A stretch of 64,000 bases of DNA from Halolamina sp. (lineage in GTDB: Archaea; Halobacteriota; Halobacteria; Halobacteriales; Haloferacaceae): the NCBI GenBank assembly GCA_042216705.1, contig JBDGTQ010000019.1, forward strand, positions 3,554 to 67,553. Reading direction: 5' to 3'. The position numbers were made by a program, and so were the translations under genes. Position 1 is the first letter of the stretch. Each line of letters begins with the position of its first letter. Positions 35,743-43,916 of the stretch are shown here, piece after piece. The notes under the pieces were generated by a model, which saw only the letters and a program-made list of their open reading frames with translations, had not been told where the DNA came from and did not search any database.

Positions 35743-36789
35743 ATGGTCCCGACAGACGCACGCGTCGCGGTGGGTGCGGTCGTCGCCCTCGTGTTGACGA
35801 CGACGGTCGCGTCGGGCGCGGTCGCCGGAGCAGCGACGGCGACGACGGCGACGGCGACGACGGCAGTCCCGCCGCCGACGGCGGACGAACTGCTCACGCG
35901 GCTCCAGTCCTTCGAGGAGGAGCCGGCGCTGAGCGAGTACAGCGAGTTGGAGGTGATGCGGAGTCAGGCGGTTTCGACGGTACAGGTCGGCAACGCATCC
36001 CTCGCCGAGCGACGCCGTATCGCCGGCATCGTGACGGTGCTCTCGGAGTTCGTCGAGGCGTACGAGCTGGCCGCCGCCGGCGACCGCATCGAGAGCCTCG
36101 AAGCGGCGAACGAGACGCAGACGGCCATCGACTCGGTGAGGGAAGCGGGCGGCGACCAGTACGCGCGACTGGCGCAGGTGGCTCTGGAGCGGTTCTATCG
36201 CGACCAGGGAGACGAGCTCTACCAGCGCGGACAGGAGTCCACGAACACCACGGCGAAGCTCGAACTGTACGGCGCCGCACGTGAGGCGTACGAGGCCGGC
36301 GGTGCTGACCGACGGCTCGCGGAGATAACGGTGGTTTCCCAGGAGCTCCGAGCCGAGTTCGCCGTCGACAGCCGACGGTTGTCGGGGGCGCTGGCGAACG
36401 CCTCGGCGTTCGTCGCCGACTGTGGCGACGGCTGTGACGGTCCGCTCGCCGCGCTCGCCGCGCTCGGACCGAACGTCTTCGCCGCCTACACCGACGCCCG
36501 TCGCGCCCACGCCGCCGCTCGACAGGCCCAGCGCCTGTCGGACAAACACGGCCTGACCGCCCGCTCCGAGCGCGCCGCGACGCTGGTCGACGAGTCCGGG
36601 ACGGCGCTCGGCAGCTTCGCGGTCGCGAGCGTCCTCCTCGCGCTCGGCTACGGCGGTGCCGTTGCTCTCGTCGGTGCCGTCGTGAGCCACCGGCTCGCAA
36701 CGTGGGCGCTCGAAGTCGAGGGCGCACGAGTCGGACGCATCGTCCCACAGGCGACCGTCGAAGTCGAGCCGGAGGTGACCGAGTCGTGA
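35743..36789 (+). CDS. secreted helical protein with C-terminal TM anchor
   Basis: Internal ATG (MVPTDARVAVGAVVALVLTTTVASGAVAG...) 3 nt after the upstream stop. Sequons NASL, NETQ, NTTA, NASA. C-terminal FAVASVLLALGYGGAVALVGAVV. Confidence 0.75.
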   Translation: MVPTDARVAVGAVVALVLTTTVASGAVAGAATATTATATTAVPPPTADELLTRLQSFEEEPALSEYSELEVMRSQAVSTVQVGNASLAERRRIAGIVTVLSEFVEAYELAAAGDRIESLEAANETQTAIDSVREAGGDQYARLAQVALERFYRDQGDELYQRGQESTNTTAKLELYGAAREAYEAGGADRRLAEITVVSQELRAEFAVDSRRLSGALANASAFVADCGDGCDGPLAALAALGPNVFAAYTDARRAHAAARQAQRLSDKHGLTARSERAATLVDESGTALGSFAVASVLLALGYGGAVALVGAVVSHRLATWALEVEGARVGRIVPQATVEVEPEVTES

Positions 36790-39500
36790 GGGGGCGCCGT
36801 CCGCTCGCGGCGCTGGCGATGGTCGCGCTGCTGGTCGCGGGGGCATCGACGGGCGCCGTCGCCGCGTCCGGGAGCGTCGAACTCGACGCCGCGCTGTCGG
36901 AGCAATCGAAGACCGACGAGCTGACGTTCACTTTCACCCCGTCACAGGACGCGACCGTCACCGCCACCGACCGCATCGAGCGCGCGAACGGTAACGTCAC
37001 GTTCGCGTTCGACGAGTGGGAGCGGACCGACGGCCAGGGGTCGGGGACGAACAACAGCTGGGATGTCGTCGCCGGCGTCGAGTACCGAGTGACGTACGTC
37101 GCCACCGCACGGTCCGGCGCCGCCGAGGACACCTACTTCGGGACGGCGGAGGTCACCGCCAGCGACGGGTCGTTGGTGGCCGACGAGTCGCTGTCGCTGC
37201 AGGTCGACGTGTTGTATCCGCAGTTCGGCTTCGTCGACAGGCAGTCCACCGAGGTCGTGTTCGACGACGCGGACCTGCAATCGGCTTCGAGCCAGGTGTC
37301 GTTTCCGGTGCCGAACTCCGGCCAGGGGGTGATGAAGCCGACGGACGTCTCGGTGAGCAACCTCCCTCAGGGGTTCACCGTCGCCTCGACGGCGCTGCCC
37401 GACACCGTCTCGCCCGGCAGCGAGGGCGAAGGGACCGTCGAACTCGCCGTCGACGACGACGTCAACGAGGGAACATATAGCTTCGACGTGACGGTGACGG
37501 ACTCGCTGGGCAACCAGCGGTCGTTCGCCGTCGACGCCACGGTTTCGAAGCCGCCGATCGCCGACGTCTCCGACACGGAGGCGAACCTCGGCGACGTGCT
37601 CGTCGGGCAGACGAGCCGGAAGACGTTCAGCGTCTCCGAGACGGCCGGATTCGAGGGTCTGAGCGGCGTCACCGTCGACGACTCGTCGGCGGAGCAGGAC
37701 GCCACGCTCGACTTCGAAGGACTGTCGCGGGTGTCGACGCAGCCGAGCGGCTCCGACACCGCGACGGCAGTCGTCGACGTCAGCAGCGACGCGAGACAAC
37801 ACGAGACGCTGTCGTGGACGGTGCAGCTCAGCGGCGAGGCGCCCGACTCGCCGACGCGGCAGGTCGAGTTCGAGGCGCGGGTCATCTATCCGGCGCGACT
37901 GGGCACCGTCGAGGCGTCGTCGACGACGCTTCCTTTCGACGAGCCCCGCGACCAGGTGTCGGCTCAGGACGGGTCGACGACGGTCAGCGTCGAGAACACC
38001 GGGGACCTGGAGATGGACGTCACGGGCGTCGACGTGACGATGCAGAGCGGAAGCCAGGACATCTCCGCCAGGGCCGTCGACGTGCCCGACACGGTGGCCG
38101 GACTCTCCAGCCAGAACGTGACGATACGGTACCGCGCCGACGCGGACACTCCCGAGGGGAGTTACGACGCGGTGGTGACGGTCAGGACGGCCGACGCCGG
38201 GACGCAGACCGTCGAAACCACCGTCGAGGTGACCCAATCGGCCGAGCTCGTCGTCGACGACCGAATGCAGTTCGGCGAGGTGACGATAACCAGCAACCAG
38301 ACCCGGTCCGCAGACGTCGCCGAGCGACTCGGCTACGAGGACGTGACCGGGCTGACGGTCGAGGTGGTATCGGGGCCCGAAGAGTGGCTGACGCTGGTCC
38401 AGCAGCCGCCATCGCGCCTCGACGCCGGGACGGAGTCGTCGCTGGTCGCCGCCGTCCGCTTCGACACCGAGGCCGAACTGTACACGGAGTACACCTGGAC
38501 CATCCGGGTCGACGGCGAGGACGTCGAGCCTCAGACCGTCACCATCTCCGCGACGGCGAAGCCCTACTCCTTCGACCGCGTCACGGAGCCGCTCGGGGAG
38601 TACTCCGACCGAGGCGACTGGCGGGCGGAGACGGCCAGCGGTACGCTCTCGGCGCTTTCGACGCTCGAATCCGATCTCCGCGGCGACGGATCGGTCGCCG
38701 ACGGCGACCTCTCGTCGGCGCTGGCGGCCGGCCGCGCGACGCTACTGTTCATCGAATCCATCGAGGACGCCCGTACCGCCCAAGAGGACGGGGAGTACGC
38801 CGGCGCCCAGGAGAACCTCACCCGAGCGGCGGCAGCCAGGGATCTGCTGGTGCAGTACGTAGACGCGATTCAGTCCGATGAGGTCCGCTCGGCGGCGCGG
38901 GAGTCGCTCCAGGCCGCGAACGCGTCGCTGTCGGAAAGCGTCGCCGCGCAGCGCGGCCACTACCAGGACGTTCTCGCGGACGACCCGAGCGCGTTCGAAC
39001 GGGCCAGGGCCCACCGCGCTCTGGCCAGGCTCGCGACCATCACCGGCGACGAGACGACCGCGAGCGAACACCGCGAGCAGTACGAGGCCGCCTCCGACCG
39101 GTACGTGACGCTGGTGCAGAACGCTTCGACCGCCCGCGCCGAGGCCGGCAGCGCCTGGACCGCCTACCGAGCGGAGGCGACGCTGGTGGTCGCCGGCTAT
39201 CCGCTCGTCCTCAACCCCGCCAGGCTCGACACCACGCTGGCGCGAACGAGCCGAGTGAATCGGCTTTATGCCGAGGCCGAGACGATGTACGCCGAGGCGG
39301 GCGCGACCGCAGAGGCTGAGGCGGTGAACCAGCGCGCCGCGACGGTGTCGAGCCGAGCGACCGTATCGCGGTACGTTCTGTACGGGACGACGGGCGCCTA
39401 CGGCATTGGGTTCCTCGCCGTCGTCGCCAGACTGTCGCTGAACGCCTACGCGTTCGTCCAGGACACGGCCGCGGCCGCGACCGGCGACTTCCTCCGCTGA
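36786..39500 (+). CDS. large secreted sequon-rich surface protein (Ig/CARDB-like repeats plus helical region) with C-terminal TM anchor
   Basis: GTG at 36786 overlapping the upstream stop (GTGA); alternative ATG at 36819. Signal LAALAMVALLVAGASTGAVAASG. Repeated beta-rich modules (VELAVDDDVNEGTYSFDVTVTD, TVSVENTGDLEMDVTGVDV, YDAVVTVRT). Sequons NVTF, NNSW, NQTR, NVTI, NLTR, NASL, NAST. C-terminal GAYGIGFLAVVARLSL. Confidence 0.8.
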   Translation: MRGRRPLAALAMVALLVAGASTGAVAASGSVELDAALSEQSKTDELTFTFTPSQDATVTATDRIERANGNVTFAFDEWERTDGQGSGTNNSWDVVAGVEYRVTYVATARSGAAEDTYFGTAEVTASDGSLVADESLSLQVDVLYPQFGFVDRQSTEVVFDDADLQSASSQVSFPVPNSGQGVMKPTDVSVSNLPQGFTVASTALPDTVSPGSEGEGTVELAVDDDVNEGTYSFDVTVTDSLGNQRSFAVDATVSKPPIADVSDTEANLGDVLVGQTSRKTFSVSETAGFEGLSGVTVDDSSAEQDATLDFEGLSRVSTQPSGSDTATAVVDVSSDARQHETLSWTVQLSGEAPDSPTRQVEFEARVIYPARLGTVEASSTTLPFDEPRDQVSAQDGSTTVSVENTGDLEMDVTGVDVTMQSGSQDISARAVDVPDTVAGLSSQNVTIRYRADADTPEGSYDAVVTVRTADAGTQTVETTVEVTQSAELVVDDRMQFGEVTITSNQTRSADVAERLGYEDVTGLTVEVVSGPEEWLTLVQQPPSRLDAGTESSLVAAVRFDTEAELYTEYTWTIRVDGEDVEPQTVTISATAKPYSFDRVTEPLGEYSDRGDWRAETASGTLSALSTLESDLRGDGSVADGDLSSALAAGRATLLFIESIEDARTAQEDGEYAGAQENLTRAAAARDLLVQYVDAIQSDEVRSAARESLQAANASLSESVAAQRGHYQDVLADDPSAFERARAHRALARLATITGDETTASEHREQYEAASDRYVTLVQNASTARAEAGSAWTAYRAEATLVVAGYPLVLNPARLDTTLARTSRVNRLYAEAETMYAEAGATAEAEAVNQRAATVSSRATVSRYVLYGTTGAYGIGFLAVVARLSLNAYAFVQDTAAAATGDFLR

Positions 39501-39516
39501 CGTCGCCCGCCCGCAC

Positions 39517-42315
39517 TCAGCGGAACCCGGTTGAGAGCCGGTCGTTGACCGGCGGGGGCCCACCGTCGTCGTCGCGCCGAAGCTCCCAATCGTACTCCTC
39601 TCCGCGGTCCGTGCCGTGGAACGACACCGACCCCGAGTCGGGCTCGGGTCCTCGTACTTCGAGGTCGAGGCCGACCGTCACGTCGCCGTCGACGTCCACC
39701 AAGTCGACATCGTCGGTGACCGTCTCGCCCGGCTCGACCGTCTCGAACTGGTAGCCGTCGTAGAGGAAGTCGTCGACGGCCTCGCCGGTCGCCAGCGTCT
39801 CCAGTCCGGTGAGCGATCGGTCGCCGTCGTTGGTCAGTTCCACCTCCAGAAACCCCGTGTCGCCCTCGATACGAGACGCCGCTCCGGCGGCGACGGTCAG
39901 CTCCGACAGCGGGGCGGACTCGGCCCAGCGGTCGACCTCGTGTCGGGGGGCAAGCGTCCGAACTGTCCGCGAGCCGTCGGGGCCGTCGACCTGTAGCTCG
40001 ACGGTGGCGGTCTCGACGTCGGGCGACTGCGTCAACTCGCGCTCGACGAGCCTGACGTCGTCGATTCGTTCGTCGACCGTGACGCGTTCGGCCGTCTCGC
40101 CGACCGTCGCGTGGGCGACGCTCAGTTGCGGGTCGGACCCGTCGAGGACGACGGTGAGTTCGTTCCCGTCGTCGCCTGCGAGCAGGCGCGCGTACGGCGT
40201 TAACGGGTTCTCGGTGACCGGGAGCGTTCGACCGCGGGCGCTGGCCGTCTCCGTCGGCGTCGCCGTTTCGGCCTCGGTCTCGCTTTCGGCCCCGCGGTCG
40301 GATACCGGCCTAGCCTCGGCGGTGAACTGCGGGATGTCGACCTCGTCGTCGTACGAGACGTGACGTCTGGTCGCTCCGGTGGAGTCGTCCGGCTGGATAC
40401 CGACGGTCGTCTCGAACTCTCCGTCGTCGGTCCAGAGCGTCGCCCGCACCGGGTCGTCGCTCTCGTTGGTGACGCGGACCGTCTCCTCGAAGACGTGCCC
40501 GCGGACCGCCCGCTCCGTCGAGAGCTCCCGGACGACCGACAGCGACGACGCCGACTCGTCTTCGTTGGTCGGGACGGATGCCGAGCCGAACGAATCGGCC
40601 GAGTCCGTCGAGTTAGCCGAGGTAGCCGAGGTAGTGGAGTCCGGGGTCGGCGGGCCGGCGTCGCGGCGCGGCTCGGTCGGCGGTTCCACCGTCGGTTCGG
40701 AGACCGCAACCGACTGTGACAGGGTCCCGGCAGCGGTGTCGACGACGACCTCGCGTTCGCCGGCCGCCGTGGTCGGAACCGCGAGGACGGCCGCACCATC
40801 GGCCGGGAGCGTGAGTTCGCGCTCGACGCGCTCGCCGTCGGCCGGCACTCCCTCGACGGCGACGGTGTCGACCGCGGCCGCGGGAACCCCGTTCGAGAGG
40901 TGAACGTCGACGAAGCCGTCTGCGGCGGCGTCGACGCGTATCTCCGTCGGCGTGACGGGGTAGTCGAGCGCGACGGTCCGACGGTCGACCTCGGCGGCGT
41001 CGACGGCCACCTCGCCGGTCGGCAACGAGCGGCTGAGGCCGACGGTCTCAGTCTCTCCGGGGGGGAGGCCGCCGAGGACGGTCCCGTCGACGGTTACCTC
41101 CGAGAGCGGTGCTTCGCCGGCGTTCTCGACGGTCACGTCGACGTCGACGGCGCCGTGGTCGACCGCCGTCGCCGTCGCCTCGGAGACCAGTGCGGTCTCG
41201 TTTTCGACCACCGGGAGCGTGACACTTCGCTCGTCGTCCGGCTCCCGGACGGTCACCGTCACCGCCTCGGCGTCCGCTCGAATCGACCGCACGCCGACGC
41301 GTCGGGTCGTCGACTCCTCGGGGCCGAGGGTGGCGTCGAGCCGGGTCGTCGACAGGGTCGCCCCCTCGGCCGTCACCTCGATGGTCGCGTCGACCGACGT
41401 CGGCGCCTCGTTGGAGACGGTCATCGGGATAGCGCCCGTGGACTCGTCCACCTCGTTGACGTCGACGGCGACGCCGACTTCGTCGGTCGCGTCGACGGTT
41501 CGGGAGAACACGCTCACCGTCTCCTCGGTGACCCGACAGGCGACCCCGCCGTCCGCGCTAACCACGATTCGGTCGCCGGGGTCCAGTCCGCCGACGTCGA
41601 CGGTGTCGCCCTCGACGCCGAGGGCGAAAATGTCGCTGTCGGCGTGACACAGCAGCTCTCTCGACCCCCGTGGCGCGAGCCAGTCGACGGCGACGTCGGT
41701 CGACCACCGGCGGTCGCCGTCCGACCCGAGCGCGACCGTTCGACCGTCCCGTAACGCCGTGACGACGACGTCGTCGACGACGCCGACCGCGTCGATGGCA
41801 CCGTCCAGCGTCTCGTCGGCCAGAACCTCCCCGTTCCAGTCGACGACCGAGACGAACGACCAGGCGGCGACGACGATGAACGGCTCCGCGGCCACCACCG
41901 CCGGGTCCGCCGTCACGTCCGAGTGAGGCTGCTCGAACCGGCGGCGCTCGACTCCGGTCTCGCCGTCGAGGACGGCGAGCGCGGCGTCTTCCGTCCGGAC
42001 CACGACCCGGGTGGTCGCCGGGTCGACGTGAACGGCGGCGGCGCCGAGGTCGTCGACGCGCCAGACCCTGCTTCCCGCCTGACTGTAGGCCGTGAGTCCG
42101 GCCTCGGTGAGGGCGTACACCCGGTCGCTCAGTGCCACGTCCGTGACCGACTCCCCCTGAGCGACCGTCCGCCGGTCGCGGGAGTCGGCGACGACGACGC
42201 CGTCGTCGGTGCCGAGCGCGACCGCGTCGGTGCCGACCGCCGTCGCGCGGACGGCGGGAGCCTCGAACGCCCCTCGCTGAGCGAAGCGTCCCTCCGTGCG
42301 CTCCCCGGCGTTCAT
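39517..42315 (-). CDS. large signal-less protein: N-terminal beta-propeller-like repeats plus Ig/CARDB-like repeat array
   Basis: 932 aa, ATG overlapping the AAA gene stop (ATGA). No hydrophobic N-terminus or TM. The first 270 aa or so show repeated 'D..VVV...DG.V.AL....G...W' strands (PQQ/WD-like). These are followed by VDVDVTVENAGEAPLSEVTVDG-type CARDB-like modules and a Ser/Thr/Pro linker. Confidence 0.8.
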   Translation of the reverse strand: MNAGERTEGRFAQRGAFEAPAVRATAVGTDAVALGTDDGVVVADSRDRRTVAQGESVTDVALSDRVYALTEAGLTAYSQAGSRVWRVDDLGAAAVHVDPATTRVVVRTEDAALAVLDGETGVERRRFEQPHSDVTADPAVVAAEPFIVVAAWSFVSVVDWNGEVLADETLDGAIDAVGVVDDVVVTALRDGRTVALGSDGDRRWSTDVAVDWLAPRGSRELLCHADSDIFALGVEGDTVDVGGLDPGDRIVVSADGGVACRVTEETVSVFSRTVDATDEVGVAVDVNEVDESTGAIPMTVSNEAPTSVDATIEVTAEGATLSTTRLDATLGPEESTTRRVGVRSIRADAEAVTVTVREPDDERSVTLPVVENETALVSEATATAVDHGAVDVDVTVENAGEAPLSEVTVDGTVLGGLPPGETETVGLSRSLPTGEVAVDAAEVDRRTVALDYPVTPTEIRVDAAADGFVDVHLSNGVPAAAVDTVAVEGVPADGERVERELTLPADGAAVLAVPTTAAGEREVVVDTAAGTLSQSVAVSEPTVEPPTEPRRDAGPPTPDSTTSATSANSTDSADSFGSASVPTNEDESASSLSVVRELSTERAVRGHVFEETVRVTNESDDPVRATLWTDDGEFETTVGIQPDDSTGATRRHVSYDDEVDIPQFTAEARPVSDRGAESETEAETATPTETASARGRTLPVTENPLTPYARLLAGDDGNELTVVLDGSDPQLSVAHATVGETAERVTVDERIDDVRLVERELTQSPDVETATVELQVDGPDGSRTVRTLAPRHEVDRWAESAPLSELTVAAGAASRIEGDTGFLEVELTNDGDRSLTGLETLATGEAVDDFLYDGYQFETVEPGETVTDDVDLVDVDGDVTVGLDLEVRGPEPDSGSVSFHGTDRGEEYDWELRRDDDGGPPPVNDRLSTGFR

Positions 42316-43916
42316 TCGGGGCGGTCACCTCCGTCGTCGAAGGTCCCCGCCGGGACCATCCCGAGGTCCACTGCCTGCTCCTGGACGTACTCCTTCATCT
42401 CCGGGTACCCTTCGAGCTCCGCCGCCTCGTTGAGGACGCTCGAAACGTACTGACTGACCGTCTTGGGCTCGGTCCCCCGGAGCTGGTCGAGCAGGTACTC
42501 CGTGTCCGGGACGATCGGGTCGGAATCGTCGTGAACGATGCTCTCGACGAGTTCGCGCTGGAGCTCGCTGCCGAGGATGCGGTCCGCGACCTCGGCGGGC
42601 GTGTAGCCGACCGACGCCTCGCCAAGCCGCTCGAAGTCCACGTCGTCGCGCTCGGCGATGCGTCCGAGCGACTTCCGCCAGACGTCCGCCATCACCGTCT
42701 CGTCCGGCTGAGGGATGAACTGCTGAATCGGGAACCGCCGAGTCGCCGCCGGATCGATGGAGAAGGGCATGTTCGTCGCGCCGATGACCAGCAGGTTGTC
42801 CTCGACGTCGTTCATTTCCTGAAGGAAGGCGTTCGTGAGCGCTCGCTCGTGGCGCTGGAGGTTGTCGTCCGAGCGGTCCGGAATAAGCGTCTCCACCTCG
42901 TCGAAAAAGAGCACGCCGAAGCCCCCGTTCCCGACCGCCTCGTGGGCCTGCTCGAACGCCGCGTGGACGTTCTTTTCGGACTCGCCGGCGTACTTCGAGA
43001 CCACGTCGCTGCCCCGAACCTCCAGAAAGACGACGTTGCCGTAGCTCTCTTCGATGTCCGTGTTGTACTTGGCCTCGTGGGCGATGGCCTCCGAGACGAG
43101 CGTCTTCCCACACCCAGGCGGCCCGTACAGGAGCATCCCGCCGCCGCGGTCGACGAACTCCTCACCGTACCGGTCGAGAACCTCCTCGCGCACCGTCGGG
43201 TCGAACAGCGACAGCACCATCTGGGCCGTGCGCCGGACCTCCGACAGACCGGCGACGTCCTCCTCGAAGCTCACCTGCGGATTCGTCGGCGTGATGTCGA
43301 TTGAGGCCTCGGCCTCCTCGCCGGGAGCGCCGCCGGAGCCGTTGCCGCCGGAGCCGTTGCCGCCGGAGCCGTTGCCGCCGGAGCCGTCGCCGCCGGAGCC
43401 GTCGCCGCCGGGGTCGAACTCCGCCTCGGCGGTTTCGGTCGTGAACTCGAACTCCGTCCCGACGTCGACCCGGAGCGTGGTCGCGTCCGCCGGTTCCATC
43501 GCGGTGACGACGAACTCGACGGTTTGAGAGCCGAGGTCGTAGCGCTCGTGTATCGGGTGCAACAGCGCGTTTCGGTCCTGGAGCGCCGTGGCGAGGGCGG
43601 ATTCGTCAGCGCCGAGCGGATTGAGTTCGACGTGGGTCGCGCTTCGGACGGAGCTGCGCTGGACGGAGTCGTCGACGTAGAACGGCTGCTGTTCGATGCC
43701 GCCGAACAGCGCAGCCGCCTCCGGAGCGATGCGGGCTTTCCCCTTGATCGTCGAGGCGACGCGGTCCATCTCGGTTTCGACCTCAAAGAACGCCTTCCGG
43801 TTCCCGCAGCGGACGCGGACGACGTCGGCGCTCGACTGGACAGTGCTCTGTCCGACGGTGACGTGTGAGGTCGGCTGGTCGGGGGTCTCTATCGGAGTGA
43901 GGTTGAACGAGCTCAT
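42312..43916 (-). CDS. AAA+ ATPase, single AAA domain with beta-rich N-domain (CDC48-N-like) and Vps4/spastin-like SRH
   Basis: Internal ATG (MSSFNLTPIE...) of track ORF 42312..44165. Walker A LLYGPPGCGKTL, pore loop SKYAGESEK, Walker B VLFFDEVE, SRH ATNMPFSIDPAATRRFPIQQFIPQPD. G(D/N)GSG x5 linker between the N-domain and the ATPase. Confidence 0.9.
   Translation of the reverse strand: MSSFNLTPIETPDQPTSHVTVGQSTVQSSADVVRVRCGNRKAFFEVETEMDRVASTIKGKARIAPEAAALFGGIEQQPFYVDDSVQRSSVRSATHVELNPLGADESALATALQDRNALLHPIHERYDLGSQTVEFVVTAMEPADATTLRVDVGTEFEFTTETAEAEFDPGGDGSGGDGSGGNGSGGNGSGGNGSGGAPGEEAEASIDITPTNPQVSFEEDVAGLSEVRRTAQMVLSLFDPTVREEVLDRYGEEFVDRGGGMLLYGPPGCGKTLVSEAIAHEAKYNTDIEESYGNVVFLEVRGSDVVSKYAGESEKNVHAAFEQAHEAVGNGGFGVLFFDEVETLIPDRSDDNLQRHERALTNAFLQEMNDVEDNLLVIGATNMPFSIDPAATRRFPIQQFIPQPDETVMADVWRKSLGRIAERDDVDFERLGEASVGYTPAEVADRILGSELQRELVESIVHDDSDPIVPDTEYLLDQLRGTEPKTVSQYVSSVLNEAAELEGYPEMKEYVQEQAVDLGMVPAGTFDDGGDRPE
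43329..43403 (-). repeat. five tandem copies of a 15-nt unit (gccgccggagccgtt/c) encoding (GDGSG)2(GNGSG)3 linker of the AAA ATPase
   Basis: Read directly from the sequence: three identical ...gtt units followed by two ...gtc units. In frame inside the CDS. Confidence 0.9.

Noticed and set aside
43329-43403. 15-nt tandem repeat considered as a CRISPR-like or minisatellite element
   Set aside because: There are no spacers, the units are contiguous and in frame inside a CDS, and they encode a Gly/Ser/Asp/Asn linker. It is a coding low-complexity repeat, not a CRISPR array.
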